Below are positions 38,561 through 49,240 of a DNA stretch of 64,000 nucleotides, in pieces; position 1 is the stretch's first letter; each line of letters begins with the position of its first letter. The notes under the pieces are model-generated. The model worked only from the letters and a program-made list of their open reading frames with translations, was not told the origin of the DNA and searched no databases. Source of the stretch: Clostridia bacterium. GTDB lineage: Bacteria; Bacillota; Clostridia; Christensenellales; UBA1242. The stretch is from contig JAZRSV010000019.1 of the NCBI GenBank assembly GCA_045651685.1, forward strand, positions 9,794 through 73,793. Direction: 5' to 3'. The translations under genes were made by a program, and so were the position numbers.

Positions 38561-38950
38561 ATGGCAAAAAGAATTAGAGAAAAAGCAGAAGCAAGACGCC
38601 AAAACAAAGATATGCGTCCTACAGCTACTGCAAAACATATCAGAATGAGTTCTACAAAAATCCGTATTGTCATGGATTTGGTTCGTGGCAGAAAATACAG
38701 AGATGCAGTTGCAATCCTAAGCACTACTCCTAATGCCGCTGCAGAAGTTATCTTAAAAACTATGAACTCAGCTGCCGCTAACGGCGAAAACAATCTTGGT
38801 CTTAACAAAGATGATATGTATGTTGCAGAAATCTATGCTAACCAAGGTCCAACTCTAAAGAGACTAAACATTCGTGCTCGTGGTAGAGTTGATAGAATCT
38901 TAAAAAGAACTAGTCATGTAACAGTGATTATGGATACTGTAAAGGAATAA
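38561..38950 (+). CDS. rplV: 50S ribosomal protein L22
   Basis: Family pattern and synteny. Confidence 0.95.
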   Translation: MAKRIREKAEARRQNKDMRPTATAKHIRMSSTKIRIVMDLVRGRKYRDAVAILSTTPNAAAEVILKTMNSAAANGENNLGLNKDDMYVAEIYANQGPTLKRLNIRARGRVDRILKRTSHVTVIMDTVKE

Positions 38951-38961
38951 AGGAGCAAAAT

Positions 38962-39645
38962 ATGGGACAAAAAGTTAGTCCACACGGACTTAGAATCGGA
39001 ATCAATAAGAGTTGGGATTCTCTTTGGTATGCTGACAAGAAAAACTTTGCTAAATACCTAAAAGAAGATAATGTTATCCGTACTTTTATTAAGAAAAAAT
39101 ATTATGCTTGCGCTATCTCAAAAATCAGTATCGAAAGAACTGCAAAAAGACTTGTTGTAAGCATTCACACAGCTCGTCCTGGTATCTTAATTGGTCAAAA
39201 GGGCGCTGGTGTAGAAACTTTGAAGAAAGAAATTGCTAAATTAACTACTTTTGATACAATTTCTATCAACATCAAAGAAGTACGCAATCCTGACATGGAT
39301 GCAACATTAGTTGCAGAAAGCATCGCTGCTCAACTAGAAAAGCGTGTTCATTTCCGTAGAGCTATGAAACAAGCTATGCAAAAAACTATGAAAGCAGGTG
39401 CTCAAGGTATCAAAGCTATGGTTAGCGGTCGTCTTGACGGCGCTGACATCGCAAGAAGCGAACATTATAATCAAGGTAATTTGCCTCTACACACTTTAAG
39501 AGCTGACATCGATTACGGTGTTGCAGAAGCTGCAACTACTTTCGGTATCGTTGGTGTTAAAGTTTGGATTTACAAAGGCGAAATCCTTCAAAAATTTAAC
39601 ATTGTTCCTTCTCAACCAGTAACTCACAAAGGAGGAAACAAGTAA
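38962..39645 (+). CDS. rpsC: 30S ribosomal protein S3
   Basis: KH domain pattern and synteny. Confidence 0.95.
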   Translation: MGQKVSPHGLRIGINKSWDSLWYADKKNFAKYLKEDNVIRTFIKKKYYACAISKISIERTAKRLVVSIHTARPGILIGQKGAGVETLKKEIAKLTTFDTISINIKEVRNPDMDATLVAESIAAQLEKRVHFRRAMKQAMQKTMKAGAQGIKAMVSGRLDGADIARSEHYNQGNLPLHTLRADIDYGVAEAATTFGIVGVKVWIYKGEILQKFNIVPSQPVTHKGGNK

Positions 39646-39646
39646 T

Positions 39647-40084
39647 ATGTTAATGCCAAAAAGAGTTAAAAGAAGAAAACAACATAGAGGTAGAATGACT
39701 GGCGTTGCTACTCGTGGCAACAAAGTGTCTTACGGCGAGTTTGGTCTTGCTACTACAGAACCATGTTGGATCACTTCTAATCAAATAGAGGCTGCGCGTA
39801 TAGCTATGACTCGTTATACAAAGCGTGGTGGTAAAGTTTGGATCAAAATTTTCCCACACAAGCCAGTTACTAAAAAACCTGCTGAAACTCGTATGGGTAG
39901 CGGTAAAGGTTCACCAGAATATTGGGTAGCAGTAGTTAAACCAGGCAGAGTTATGTTCGAAATCGCTGGTGTTGCTGAAGAAGTAGCAAGAGAAGCATTG
40001 AGACTAGCTAGCCACAAACTACCATGCAAAACAAAAATAGTTAAGAAAGAAGTCGAAACTACATCAGAAGGTGGTGCAGAATAA
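39647..40084 (+). CDS. rplP: 50S ribosomal protein L16
   Basis: Family pattern and synteny. Confidence 0.95.
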   Translation: MLMPKRVKRRKQHRGRMTGVATRGNKVSYGEFGLATTEPCWITSNQIEAARIAMTRYTKRGGKVWIKIFPHKPVTKKPAETRMGSGKGSPEYWVAVVKPGRVMFEIAGVAEEVAREALRLASHKLPCKTKIVKKEVETTSEGGAE

Positions 40085-40296
40085 TGAAAGTTAACGAAAT
40101 CAGAAATATGACTAACGATGAGCTTAATGCTAAACTTGTTAGCCTAAAATCAGAGTTATTTAATCTTCGTTTTCAACATGCTACGGGCAACCTAGCAAAT
40201 CCAATGATGCTTAGCACTATCAAAAAAGATATAGCAAAAATCAAAACAGTTTTAACCGAAAGAGAAATTGCTAAGTCTGACAAGGCTAAGGCATAG
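40084..40296 (+). CDS. rpmC: 50S ribosomal protein L29
   Basis: Family pattern and synteny. Confidence 0.9.
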   Translation: MKVNEIRNMTNDELNAKLVSLKSELFNLRFQHATGNLANPMMLSTIKKDIAKIKTVLTEREIAKSDKAKA

Positions 40297-40307
40297 GGGA
40301 GGACAGT

Positions 40308-40571
40308 ATGGAAAAATTAGAAAGAAATAACCGTAGAACAAAAATTGGTGTTGTAGTTAGCAACAAAATGGACAAAACTTGCGTAGTTTCTGTTACTTCT
40401 AACGAAAAACATCCTCTATACAAAAAAGTCGTAAAGGTTACAAAGAAGTTCAAAGTGCATGACGAAAATAACGAATGCAACATTGGCGATACTGTAGAAA
40501 TTATGGAAACTCGTCCAATCAGCAAAACTTGTTATTTTAGACTTCTTCGTATCGTAGAAAGAGTTAAATAA
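40308..40571 (+). CDS. rpsQ: 30S ribosomal protein S17
   Basis: Family pattern and synteny. Confidence 0.95.
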   Translation: MEKLERNNRRTKIGVVVSNKMDKTCVVSVTSNEKHPLYKKVVKVTKKFKVHDENNECNIGDTVEIMETRPISKTCYFRLLRIVERVK

Positions 40572-40589
40572 TAAAGGAGCAAATAAATT

Positions 40590-40958
40590 ATGGTACAACC
40601 TCAATCAAAACTTAAAGTTGCTGATAACACCGGTGCTAAACAAATTATGTGTATCCGTGTACTTGGTGGTTCATTCAGAAGAAGTGGTAATATCGGTGAC
40701 GTAATTATTGCTTCTGTTAAAAAAGCCATTCCTGGTGGTGTGGTTAAAAAGGGTGACGTTGTTAAAGCCGTTATCGTAAGAACCTGCAAAGGTGTTCGTC
40801 GTAACGATGGTTCACACATCAGATTTGACGATAATGCAGCCGTTATCATTGATAACCAAAAACAACCAAAAGGCACTCGTATCTTTGGACCTGTTGCAAG
40901 AGAACTTCGTGAAGATGGTTACATGAAGATCGTTTCACTTGCTCCAGAGGTTTTATAG
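40590..40958 (+). CDS. rplN: 50S ribosomal protein L14
   Basis: Family pattern and synteny. Confidence 0.95.
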   Translation: MVQPQSKLKVADNTGAKQIMCIRVLGGSFRRSGNIGDVIIASVKKAIPGGVVKKGDVVKAVIVRTCKGVRRNDGSHIRFDDNAAVIIDNQKQPKGTRIFGPVARELREDGYMKIVSLAPEVL

Positions 40959-40968
40959 GAGATAAGTT

Positions 40969-41349
40969 ATGGCAAATTTAAATATTAAAACAGGCGATAA
41001 AGTTGTTGTTATCGCTGGTAAAGATAAAGGTAAAGTTTCTACAGTAGTTGCAAGTTTTCCAAAAGAAAACAGAGTAACTGTTAAAGATGTAAATGTAGTT
41101 ACAAAACACAACAAACCAAAATCAGCTCAAGACAAAGGCGGTATCGCTAAACTTGAAGCTAAAATACAAGTTTCTAATGTTCAAGTTATCTGCCCAGTAT
41201 GTGGCAAAGCAACTAGAGTTGCTCACAAAGAAGTAGATGGCAAAAATGTTAGAGTTTGCAAAAAATGTGCAGCAGTTATTGACAGCGCAAAAAAATCAGC
41301 TAAAAAAGCAGCAGCAAAAAAGACAACAGACGCTGCTGAAAGTAAGTAA
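40969..41349 (+). CDS. rplX: 50S ribosomal protein L24, unusual variant with a Cys4 (CxxC...CxxC) motif and a Lys/Ala-rich C-terminal tail
   Basis: KOW N-terminus ([14 protein letters not shown]). The C-terminal half reads [30 protein letters not shown] where canonical L24 has LDPKTGE...VAKKSGQ. A 25-aa KK/A-rich tail follows. Confidence 0.9.
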   Translation: MANLNIKTGDKVVVIAGKDKGKVSTVVASFPKENRVTVKDVNVVTKHNKPKSAQDKGGIAKLEAKIQVSNVQVICPVCGKATRVAHKEVDGKNVRVCKKCAAVIDSAKKSAKKAAAKKTTDAAESK

Positions 41350-41363
41350 GGAGGAGTATTATT

Positions 41364-41942
41364 ATGGCAGAAACAAAGAAAGCAACTCCTAAAAAACAAA
41401 GAAACAGATTGCACGAATTTTACCTAACAAATGTTGTTCCAGCTTGCACTAAAGAGTTTGGTTACAAAAATGTTATGGAAGTTCCTAAAATCGAAAAAAT
41501 CGTTATCAACCTAGGTCTTGGTTCAGTTAAAGATAACTCTAAGAGCTTTAACCTAGCTGTTGAAGAAATCGCCCAAATCACCGGACAAAAACCAGTTGCT
41601 ACAACTGCAAAAAAATCTATCTCAAACTTCAAAGTTAGAGAAGGTCAAAAAATCGGTGCTAAAGTTACACTTCGTGGCGATAGAATGTATGAATTTTTGG
41701 ACAAATTAATTTCTATAGCTCTTCCAAGAGTTCGTGACTTTAAGGGTGTTAACCCTAAAGCTTTTGATGGCAGAGGCAACTATGCTCTAGGCATCAAAGA
41801 ACAATTAATTTTCCCAGAAATTTCTTATGAAAAAGTCGAACAAATTAGAGGTTTTGACGTTATTATTGTTACTACCGCTAAAACTGATAAAGAGGCATTT
41901 ACTTTACTTAAACTTATGGGTATGCCTTTCAGAGCAAGATAG
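41364..41942 (+). CDS. rplE: 50S ribosomal protein L5
   Basis: Family pattern and synteny; GGAGG RBS. Confidence 0.95.
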   Translation: MAETKKATPKKQRNRLHEFYLTNVVPACTKEFGYKNVMEVPKIEKIVINLGLGSVKDNSKSFNLAVEEIAQITGQKPVATTAKKSISNFKVREGQKIGAKVTLRGDRMYEFLDKLISIALPRVRDFKGVNPKAFDGRGNYALGIKEQLIFPEISYEKVEQIRGFDVIIVTTAKTDKEAFTLLKLMGMPFRAR

Positions 41943-41960
41943 TAAGGGAGTTTGATTATT

Positions 41961-42146
41961 ATGGCAAAAAAAGCAATGATAGAAAAACAACAAAGAAAAC
42001 AAAAGTATTCTACTCGTGAGTATACTCGTTGTTCTATTTGTGGTCGTCCACACGCTGTATTAAGAAAATATGGCATATGCAGAATCTGTTTTAGAAATCT
42101 AGCATACAAAGGCGAAATCCCTGGCGTTAAAAAATCAAGTTGGTAA
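41961..42146 (+). CDS. rpsN: 30S ribosomal protein S14 type Z (zinc-binding)
   Basis: MAKKAMIEK...[10 protein letters not shown]...CRICFR. GGGAG RBS 10 nt upstream; the ATG at 41961 is preferred over the TTG at 41952. Confidence 0.9.
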   Translation: MAKKAMIEKQQRKQKYSTREYTRCSICGRPHAVLRKYGICRICFRNLAYKGEIPGVKKSSW

Positions 42147-42165
42147 AAAGGAGAAGAAAAATAAT

Positions 42166-42564
42166 ATGATAGTTACAGATCCAATCGCAGATATGCTTAC
42201 TCGTATTCGTAATGCTTTAACTGCAAAACACACAGAAGTTTTAATTCCTGCATCAAAAACTAAAAATACTATTGCTCAAATCCTTGTAAGTGAAGGTTAT
42301 ATTAACTCAGCTGACTTGGTTGATACAGGTAGTTACAAATCACTAAAAATTAATCTTAAATATGGTCCTAATAACGAAAGAGTTATCCAAGGTTTGAAAC
42401 GCATTTCTAAACCTGGTCTTAGAGTTTATGCTAATGTAGAAGACCTTCCAAGAGTTCTTAATGGTCTAGGCATTGCAATTATCTCTACTAACAAAGGTAT
42501 TATGACCGATAAGCAAGCTCGTGAACAAAACATTGGTGGCGAAGTTCTTGCTTATATCTGGTAG
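42166..42564 (+). CDS. rpsH: 30S ribosomal protein S8
   Basis: Family pattern and synteny. Confidence 0.95.
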   Translation: MIVTDPIADMLTRIRNALTAKHTEVLIPASKTKNTIAQILVSEGYINSADLVDTGSYKSLKINLKYGPNNERVIQGLKRISKPGLRVYANVEDLPRVLNGLGIAIISTNKGIMTDKQAREQNIGGEVLAYIW

Positions 42565-42575
42565 GAGGTAGTATT

Positions 42576-43118
42576 ATGTCAAGAATTGGTAGATTACCTA
42601 TTGATGTTCCAGCTGGTGTTACAGTTACTATCGAAGGTAGCAAAGTTACAGTTGCTGGTAAATTAGGAACATTAAGTCAAGTTATTGACAGAAACATCTC
42701 TGCAAAACTTGAAAATAACCAAGTTATTGTTACTCGCGCTAGTGAAAACGGCGAATGCAGAGCAAAACATGGTCTATATAGACAACTTATCGCAAACATG
42801 GTTAAAGGTGTTAGCGAAGGTTTCAAAAAAGTTCTTGTAATCAACGGTGTTGGTTATAAAGCAACTCAAAATGGCAACAAAGTTGTTTTGAACATTGGTC
42901 TTTCTCATCCAGTAGAACTTGTTCCAGATGAGGGTATCACTCTAAAAGCAACTAGCGTTACCGAAGTTGAAGTTAGCGGTATTGACAAAGAAAGAGTTGG
43001 TCAATTTGCAGCTAAAATCAGAGACATTAAGCGTGTAGAACCATATCATGCTTATGGTATAAAATACAGTGATGAAGTAGTTATCCGTAAAGAGGGTAAA
43101 ACTTCTGGTAAAAAATAA
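42576..43118 (+). CDS. rplF: 50S ribosomal protein L6
   Basis: Family pattern and synteny. Confidence 0.95.
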   Translation: MSRIGRLPIDVPAGVTVTIEGSKVTVAGKLGTLSQVIDRNISAKLENNQVIVTRASENGECRAKHGLYRQLIANMVKGVSEGFKKVLVINGVGYKATQNGNKVVLNIGLSHPVELVPDEGITLKATSVTEVEVSGIDKERVGQFAAKIRDIKRVEPYHAYGIKYSDEVVIRKEGKTSGKK

Positions 43119-43133
43119 AGGAGCGCATAAAAG

Positions 43134-43502
43134 ATGATTAAACAAACAAATAAAAATGTACAAAGATTACATCGTCATTTGAGAGTTAGAGGCAAGATAT
43201 CTGGTACTAAAGAATGCCCTAGACTTAATGTTTATCGCAGCACAAACCATATCTATGCTCAAATTATTGATGATACTAAAGGTGTTACAATTGTTAGCGC
43301 TTCTACAGTAGAAAAGTCGATATTGCCATTGCTAGAAGGTAAAACAAAATCAGAACAAGCCTTCATCGTTGGCGAACAACTTGCAAAAGCAGCAAAGAAA
43401 AAAGGTGTTAAAACAGTTGTATTTGACCGTGGTGGATACCTTTATATCGGACGCGTTAAGAGTCTAGCTGAAGGCGCAAGAAACGCTGGTTTAGAGTTTT
43501 AA
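43134..43502 (+). CDS. rplR: 50S ribosomal protein L18
   Basis: Family pattern and synteny. Confidence 0.95.
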   Translation: MIKQTNKNVQRLHRHLRVRGKISGTKECPRLNVYRSTNHIYAQIIDDTKGVTIVSASTVEKSILPLLEGKTKSEQAFIVGEQLAKAAKKKGVKTVVFDRGGYLYIGRVKSLAEGARNAGLEF

Positions 43503-43513
43503 TGGAGGAAATT

Positions 43514-44044
43514 ATGGCAAAGAAAGAAATTAACAAAGAAAATGTTAAAAAACCTGTAACTCGTAGAGAAGACAGCGAATTTGATAAAAAATTAGTTGAA
43601 GTAAGACGCGTTGCCAAAGTTGTTAAGGGTGGTAGAACACTTCGTTTTAGCGCACTTGTAGTTGTTGGTAACAGAAAAGGTCTTGTAGGTGTTGGTATCG
43701 GTAAATCAGCTGAAGTTCCTGAAGCTATCGAAAAAGCAACTGCTTCTGCTAAAAAACATTTGATTTCTGTACCTATTGTTGGAACAACAATTCCTCACAA
43801 TGTAGTAGGTAAATACAGCTCTACAAGCGTTTTGATGTTGCCTGCAAGCGAAGGTACTGGTGTTATCGCTGGTGGTAGTGCTCGTGCCGTTGTTGAACTT
43901 GCTGGTATCAGAGATATCACTACAAAAACTCATGGTTCAAACAACAAAATCAACTGCGTTAAGGCAACTCTAGAAGGCCTTAAAGCTTTAAGAACTAGAG
44001 AGCAAGTTGCAGCACTTCGCGGCAAAGCTCCAGAAGAGATTTAA
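43514..44044 (+). CDS. rpsE: 30S ribosomal protein S5
   Basis: GGAGGAA RBS precedes the ATG at 43514. The in-frame ATG at 43502 overlaps the rplR stop and is less likely. Confidence 0.9.
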   Translation: MAKKEINKENVKKPVTRREDSEFDKKLVEVRRVAKVVKGGRTLRFSALVVVGNRKGLVGVGIGKSAEVPEAIEKATASAKKHLISVPIVGTTIPHNVVGKYSSTSVLMLPASEGTGVIAGGSARAVVELAGIRDITTKTHGSNNKINCVKATLEGLKALRTREQVAALRGKAPEEI

Positions 44045-44061
44045 TAAGGTAGGATTTTTAT

Positions 44062-44277
44062 ATGGAAACAAAAACAACAAAAACTAAAAAATCCGCAGGT
44101 AAACTAAAAGTTACTTATGTAAGAAGCGTTATCGGTTATGATAAAAAACAAGCTAAAATTTTGGAAGCACTAGGTCTTAGAAAACTTAACACAACCAAAA
44201 TATTCCCTGATAACGAAAGTATTAGAGGAAGTTTATTTTTAGTAAAACATTTAGTAAAAGTAGAAGAAGTTAAGTAA
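44062..44277 (+). CDS. rpmD: 50S ribosomal protein L30 with a Lys-rich N-terminal extension
   Basis: Family pattern and synteny. Confidence 0.9.
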   Translation: METKTTKTKKSAGKLKVTYVRSVIGYDKKQAKILEALGLRKLNTTKIFPDNESIRGSLFLVKHLVKVEEVK

Positions 44278-44289
44278 AAGGAGTAAACT

Positions 44290-44733
44290 ATGAATATTCA
44301 AACTTTATCTCCAGCTCCTAACTCTCGCTCAAGCAAAAAGCGTCTTGGCAGAGGTATTGGTAGCGGTATCGGTAAGACAAGTGGTAAAGGTCATAAAGGT
44401 CAAAACGCTCGTAGTGGCGGTGGTGTAAGACCTGGATTTGAAGGTGGTCAAATACCTCTTATCAGAAGACTTCCAAAACGCGGCTTTAACAACCAATTCA
44501 AAAAGGTTTATGCTATCGTTAATGTTAGCGATCTAAATGTTTTTGAAGATGGCGCAACAGTTGATGCTAAAGCATTACTAGAAAAGAACATCATTGGTAA
44601 AGTAGAACCATATGGTGTTAAAGTTCTTGGTAACGGCGAATTAACTAAAAAATTAACTGTAAAAGCAGATAAATTCACTGAAACAGCAAAACAAAAGATT
44701 GAAAAAATTGGTGGTAAGCCTGAGGAGGTATAA
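44290..44733 (+). CDS. rplO: 50S ribosomal protein L15
   Basis: Family pattern and synteny. Confidence 0.95.
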   Translation: MNIQTLSPAPNSRSSKKRLGRGIGSGIGKTSGKGHKGQNARSGGGVRPGFEGGQIPLIRRLPKRGFNNQFKKVYAIVNVSDLNVFEDGATVDAKALLEKNIIGKVEPYGVKVLGNGELTKKLTVKADKFTETAKQKIEKIGGKPEEV

Positions 44734-46004
44734 TGTTTAAGACCTTTAAAGAAGCATTTAAGATAAAGGAAGTACGCAAAAAATTGTTGCTTACTTTGTT
44801 ATTGTTGCTTATCTATCGTATAGGTTGCTGGTTGCCAACTCCTGGTATTATGACATCAGTGTTTGCAACTAACACATCAGAAGGTTTCTTGAGCATTATA
44901 AGCGCTGTAAACGGTAGTGCCTTGAGCAACGGTGCAATATTAGCCCTTGGCGTGTTGCCTTACATCAATGCTTCAATCATTATGCAATTATTAACTATTG
45001 CAATTCCTAAACTTGAAAAATTATCAAAACAAGGCGAAGAAGGTAAAAAGAAAATAGCTCTTTATAACCGTATTGCTGCTCTTGTTTTGGCCTTTGCTCA
45101 AGCTATAGGTATTGTTCTTGCTTTTGGTTCTACAAGTTTGGACTCAACTATATTTGGTGGTACAGCATTTACCTCTGTTATGGTTGTTATCATACTTGTT
45201 GCCGGAGCAATGTTTACCGTTTGGTTATCAGAAAGAATTACTGACCTAGGTATCGGAAATGGTATGTCACTTCTTATCTTTGTTGGTATTTTGTCAACAG
45301 CTGGTCAAGCATTATTTGAAGGTATTAAAGGTGTATTTGTAGATGTAAATTATCTATGGACCTTACTTATTTTCTTACTTGCTGTTATTGTTATATTTGG
45401 ACTAATCGTTTGGGTTGACCTTGCAGAAAGAAAAATCCCAGTTCAATATGCAAAACAAATCAAAGGTAGAAAAATGTACGGTGGTCAAAGTACACATATT
45501 CCTATTAAGGTTAACTCATCAGGAGTTATGCCTATAATATTTGCAATGTCTATTATAAGTTTTCCACAACTTATCGTAAGCATTTTTTGGCCAAACGCTA
45601 ACTACCCAGCAATTCTTGCTACTGGTGGTTGGTTATATAGTGTTATTATGGCGTTATTAATCTTATTCTTCGCATATTTCTATGCTCAAATAAGCTTTAA
45701 CCCAGAAGACATTTCTAGACAATTACAACAAAATGGTGGCTTTATTTCTGGTATTCGTGCGGGCAAACCAACTGCAGAATATCTAGGTAGAGTATCAAAG
45801 CGTATCACACTATTCGGAGCACTATTCCTTATGTTTGTTGCTCTTGTACCAACATTGATATTTACTTTCATTGGTGGTAATAGTTCGCTTGTTAATGCTT
45901 TTAGTGCTACTGGACTTATCATCGTAGTATCTACTGCGTTGGAGTTTAATAAACAACTAGAAGCTCAATTATTGATGAGAAATTATAAAGGCTTTTTAAA
46001 ATAA
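44733..46004 (+). CDS. secY: preprotein translocase subunit SecY
   Basis: Ten TM helices, conserved motifs, synteny. Confidence 0.95.
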   Translation: MFKTFKEAFKIKEVRKKLLLTLLLLLIYRIGCWLPTPGIMTSVFATNTSEGFLSIISAVNGSALSNGAILALGVLPYINASIIMQLLTIAIPKLEKLSKQGEEGKKKIALYNRIAALVLAFAQAIGIVLAFGSTSLDSTIFGGTAFTSVMVVIILVAGAMFTVWLSERITDLGIGNGMSLLIFVGILSTAGQALFEGIKGVFVDVNYLWTLLIFLLAVIVIFGLIVWVDLAERKIPVQYAKQIKGRKMYGGQSTHIPIKVNSSGVMPIIFAMSIISFPQLIVSIFWPNANYPAILATGGWLYSVIMALLILFFAYFYAQISFNPEDISRQLQQNGGFISGIRAGKPTAEYLGRVSKRITLFGALFLMFVALVPTLIFTFIGGNSSLVNAFSATGLIIVVSTALEFNKQLEAQLLMRNYKGFLK

Positions 46005-46017
46005 ATAATTTAGGTTT

Positions 46018-46045
46018 TTCTCAAACACAGCAATGTGTTTGAGAA
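46018..46045 (+). other. perfect 12-bp stem with a GCAA tetraloop between secY and adk (probable mRNA stability or processing element)
   Basis: TTCTCAAACACA-GCAA-TGTGTTTGAGAA with no following T-run. Confidence 0.4.
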
Positions 46046-46104
46046 GACTAAAAATTAATAGTATTCAGACGCAAAAAAATTAAACAAAAATTTAAGGATT
46101 CGTT

Positions 46105-46734
46105 ATGAAAATTATTTTATTAGGACCTCCAGGTAGTGGCAAGGGTACCCAAGCTTCTATCACAAAAGAAAAATACAATATACCTCACATCTCTACAGGA
46201 GATATCTTTAGGTATAATATAAAAAATAATACAGAATTAGGACAACTTGCTTCAAGTTATATCAACGAAGGCAAATTAGTTCCTGATAGTGTCACAATTA
46301 ATATGGTACAAGACCGTATCAATCAAGATGATTGCAAAAATGGCTTTTTGCTAGATGGTTTCCCAAGAAATATCGATCAAGCAGACGCTTTGGCAAACAT
46401 GACTGATATTGATTGTGCACTACTTATTGATCAATCTTACGAAGTTATTATTCCTCGTATGGCTGGTCGTAGAGTTTGCAGAGATTGTGGCGAAACTCTA
46501 AATATTCAAAATCTTAAAGAAGATAAATGCCCTAAATGTGGTGGAGCTCTTTATCAAAGAGATGACGATAGAGAAGAAGTTGTGCTTAAGAGATTAAAAG
46601 AGTACGAAAAACAAACTTTCCCACTAATAGAGTATTATAAAGCAAAGGGTTTGCTAGAAGTAGTAAACGCTTCAACCGAAATTGATGAAACCAACGCTAT
46701 GGTAGATGCAATTTTGGCAAAGTTTAGAAGGTAA
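46105..46734 (+). CDS. adk: adenylate kinase (zinc-finger lid form)
   Basis: GPPGSGKGTQ P-loop; CRDCGE...CPKCGG lid. Confidence 0.95.
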   Translation: MKIILLGPPGSGKGTQASITKEKYNIPHISTGDIFRYNIKNNTELGQLASSYINEGKLVPDSVTINMVQDRINQDDCKNGFLLDGFPRNIDQADALANMTDIDCALLIDQSYEVIIPRMAGRRVCRDCGETLNIQNLKEDKCPKCGGALYQRDDDREEVVLKRLKEYEKQTFPLIEYYKAKGLLEVVNASTEIDETNAMVDAILAKFRR

Positions 46735-46738
46735 TAAA

Positions 46739-47482
46739 ATGATAAAAATCAAAACTGCACAAGAGATTGCTCTTATGCGCAAAGCTGGCGAAATAACAAG
46801 AGAAACATTGCTTCTTTTGGAGAAAAATATTAAGCCAGGTGTTACAACTAAACAACTTGATGAACTCGCTTATGAGTTTATCACCCGTAATAAAGCAGTT
46901 CCAAGTTTTCTTAATTATGGTGGCTTTCCTGCAACAATATGTGCTTCTGTCAATGAAGAAGTAGTACATGGTATACCTAGTGATAGGGTGTTGCAAGAAG
47001 GCGACATAGTTAGTATAGATGTTGGAGCATGTTACAAAGGTTATCACGGTGACAGTGCTAGAACTTTTGCCGTAGGTAAAATATCTAACGAAAAACAAAA
47101 ACTTATTGATGTTACTAAACAAAGTTTCTTTGAAGGTATCAAAAATCTAAAAGCAGGTTGCTGTGTAGGTGATATATCTTCTGCAGTGCAACGCTATGTA
47201 GAAAAACATGGTTTTTCGGTTGTTAGAGACTTGGTTGGCCATGGTGTAGGCAAAAACTTGCACGAAGATCCATCAGTTCCAAACTATGGATTTGCAGGTT
47301 TTGGACCTAAATTACATGCTGGCACAGTTATTGCAATCGAACCAATGGTTAATGCTGGTACTTACAAAGTAAAATTTGACCAGTTTGACGGCTGGACAGT
47401 TACAACAAGTGATGGTTTGCCATCTGCTCACTATGAAAATACTATTCTTATTACCGAAGATGGTGTTGAGATATTAACTTAG
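46739..47482 (+). CDS. map: methionine aminopeptidase type I
   Basis: Pita-bread fold motifs. The ATG at 46739 is preferred over the upstream in-frame start that overlaps adk. Confidence 0.9.
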   Translation: MIKIKTAQEIALMRKAGEITRETLLLLEKNIKPGVTTKQLDELAYEFITRNKAVPSFLNYGGFPATICASVNEEVVHGIPSDRVLQEGDIVSIDVGACYKGYHGDSARTFAVGKISNEKQKLIDVTKQSFFEGIKNLKAGCCVGDISSAVQRYVEKHGFSVVRDLVGHGVGKNLHEDPSVPNYGFAGFGPKLHAGTVIAIEPMVNAGTYKVKFDQFDGWTVTTSDGLPSAHYENTILITEDGVEILT

Positions 47483-47484
47483 AG

Positions 47485-47760
47485 GTGAATATGGATTGCC
47501 AACTTAATCTAGGTAGTGTCGTAGTATCTACCCAGGGTAGAGATGCTGGTAGAATTTATCTTATATCACAAGTACAAGACAAAGACTATGTTTTTGTTGT
47601 TGATGGTGACATAAGAAAATTTACTAACCCTAAGAAAAAACGCATCAAACATCTAAAATATGCTGGAGCAACTTTAGAAGCTATCGCCGAAAAACTTGCA
47701 ACCCAGAAAAAAGTATTCGATGCTGAAGTATACAGTGCATTGAAAAGTTATAATAAGTAG
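47485..47760 (+). CDS. small KOW-like conserved protein in the map-infA slot (YbzG-like)
   Basis: GSVVVSTQGRDAGRIYLI...PKKKRIKHLKY pattern; conserved position between map and infA in Firmicutes. Confidence 0.6.
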   Translation: MNMDCQLNLGSVVVSTQGRDAGRIYLISQVQDKDYVFVVDGDIRKFTNPKKKRIKHLKYAGATLEAIAEKLATQKKVFDAEVYSALKSYNK

Positions 47761-47780
47761 TTACTTAGAAAGGAGATTAT

Positions 47781-48005
47781 ATGCCAAAATCCGATTGCTT
47801 AGAAACAGAAGGAGTGGTTACCGAAGTACTTCCTAATGCAACATTCAAAGTACAACTAACCAATGGTCATGTTATTACCTGCTATATTTCAGGTAAACTA
47901 AGAATGAATTATATTAAAATACTAGAAGGTGACCAAGTTAAAGTTGAGATGAGCCCTTATGATCTTACAAAGGGTCGTATCACTTGGCGTGGCAAACAAA
48001 ATTAA
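47781..48005 (+). CDS. infA: translation initiation factor IF-1
   Basis: S1-like fold pattern ([23 protein letters not shown]...). Confidence 0.95.
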   Translation: MPKSDCLETEGVVTEVLPNATFKVQLTNGHVITCYISGKLRMNYIKILEGDQVKVEMSPYDLTKGRITWRGKQN

Positions 48006-48015
48006 GGAGAAAATT

Positions 48016-48132
48016 ATGAAAGTTCGTCCATCAGTAAAACCTATTTGCGATAAATGCAAAGTTATCAAGAGAGAAGGTAAAGTAATGGTTATTTGCTCAA
48101 AGAGCAAAAAACACAAACAAGTTCAAGGTTAA
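48016..48132 (+). CDS. rpmJ: 50S ribosomal protein L36 (zinc form)
   Basis: Not in the ORF track because it is under 60 aa. [38 protein letters not shown]; AAGGAG RBS. Confidence 0.9.
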   Translation: MKVRPSVKPICDKCKVIKREGKVMVICSKSKKHKQVQG

Positions 48133-48223
48133 TTTAGAGTTAATTGCCCTAGTTTAACTGGGTTTTTAACCCTAAATTTATCTAACTTTGTTAAAAAATT
48201 TTTGACAATTTTTACTATTAATA

Positions 48224-48252
48224 TTGAAGTTTTTAGTAAGATATGTTATAAT
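48224..48252 (+). promoter_or_regulatory. internal promoter for the alpha operon (-35 TTGAAG, 17-nt spacer, extended -10 TGnTATAAT)
   Basis: Read directly in the 215-nt rpmJ-rpsM gap. Confidence 0.55.
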
Positions 48253-48271
48253 ATTTAAGTTAGAAAGTTAT

Positions 48272-48311
48272 CACAACAAAGCGGCTGACACTTTGAGTGT
48301 TTTTTGTTGTG
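48272..48311 (+). promoter_or_regulatory. nested stem-loop in the rpsM leader (possible S4-responsive autoregulatory element)
   Basis: CACAACAAA...TTTGTTGTG 9-bp stem enclosing ACACT-TTG-AGTGT; rpsD lies within this operon. Confidence 0.3.
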
Positions 48312-48347
48312 TTTACATAAACAAAAATAATATTTTGGAGGATTATT

Positions 48348-48716
48348 ATGGCTCGTATTGCTGGTGTAGATTTGCCAAGAGAAAAACGTTTGGAAATTGG
48401 TCTTACCTATATTAAAGGTATTGGCAGAGTCACTTCAAACAAAATTTTAGCAGAAACTGGTATTAGCCCAGACCTTCGTGTTAAAGATTTGACAGAAGGT
48501 GATGTTGCTAAACTTCGTGAGTATATCGAACATCACGTAGTTGTTGAAGGTGACCTACAACGTGAAGTTTCTCTTAACATCAAGAGACTATCAGAAATAG
48601 GATGTTACCGTGGCATTCGCCATCGTAAAGGTTTGCCTGTAAGAGGTCAAAGCACTAAACAAAATGCTAGAACTTGTAAAGGCCCTAAAAAGACTGTTGC
48701 TAAGAAGAAAAAGTAA
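48348..48716 (+). CDS. rpsM: 30S ribosomal protein S13
   Basis: Family pattern and synteny. Confidence 0.95.
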   Translation: MARIAGVDLPREKRLEIGLTYIKGIGRVTSNKILAETGISPDLRVKDLTEGDVAKLREYIEHHVVVEGDLQREVSLNIKRLSEIGCYRGIRHRKGLPVRGQSTKQNARTCKGPKKTVAKKKK

Positions 48717-48789
48717 TCTAATTCTTAAATTCAGTTTTATTAAATTAAATTTTAATAGCGTATTTGCTAATTTATAAAGGAGCGATAAA

Positions 48790-49179
48790 ATGGCTGTTGT
48801 TAAAAAGACAAAAAAGAGAAAGGCAACCAAAAATATAGACAAAGGTGCAGTACACATTCAAGCATCTTTTAACAATACATTGGTTACTTTTACAGATACT
48901 GCTGGTAACACAATTTCTGCATCAAGCGCAGGAAGCCTAGGTTTTAAGGGTTCTCGTAAGAGCACTCCATTTGCTGCTCAACAAGCTGTAGAAACAGCTG
49001 CAAAAGTTGCAAAAGAACAAGGTATCAAATCAGTAGAAGTTTATGTTAAAGGCCCTGGCAACGGTAGAGAAGCTGCTATCAGAGCACTTGCTACTGCAGA
49101 GATAGATGTTACTAAAATTAGTGACGTTTCTCCTATCCCTCACAATGGATGCCGTCCACCTAAACGCAGAAGAATATAG
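48790..49179 (+). CDS. rpsK: 30S ribosomal protein S11
   Basis: Family pattern and synteny. Confidence 0.95.
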   Translation: MAVVKKTKKRKATKNIDKGAVHIQASFNNTLVTFTDTAGNTISASSAGSLGFKGSRKSTPFAAQQAVETAAKVAKEQGIKSVEVYVKGPGNGREAAIRALATAEIDVTKISDVSPIPHNGCRPPKRRRI

Positions 49180-49240
49180 TCTTCAAACAAATTACACTTA
49201 ATATCTATATGATATTACAATATTTATAAGGAGTTAAATT

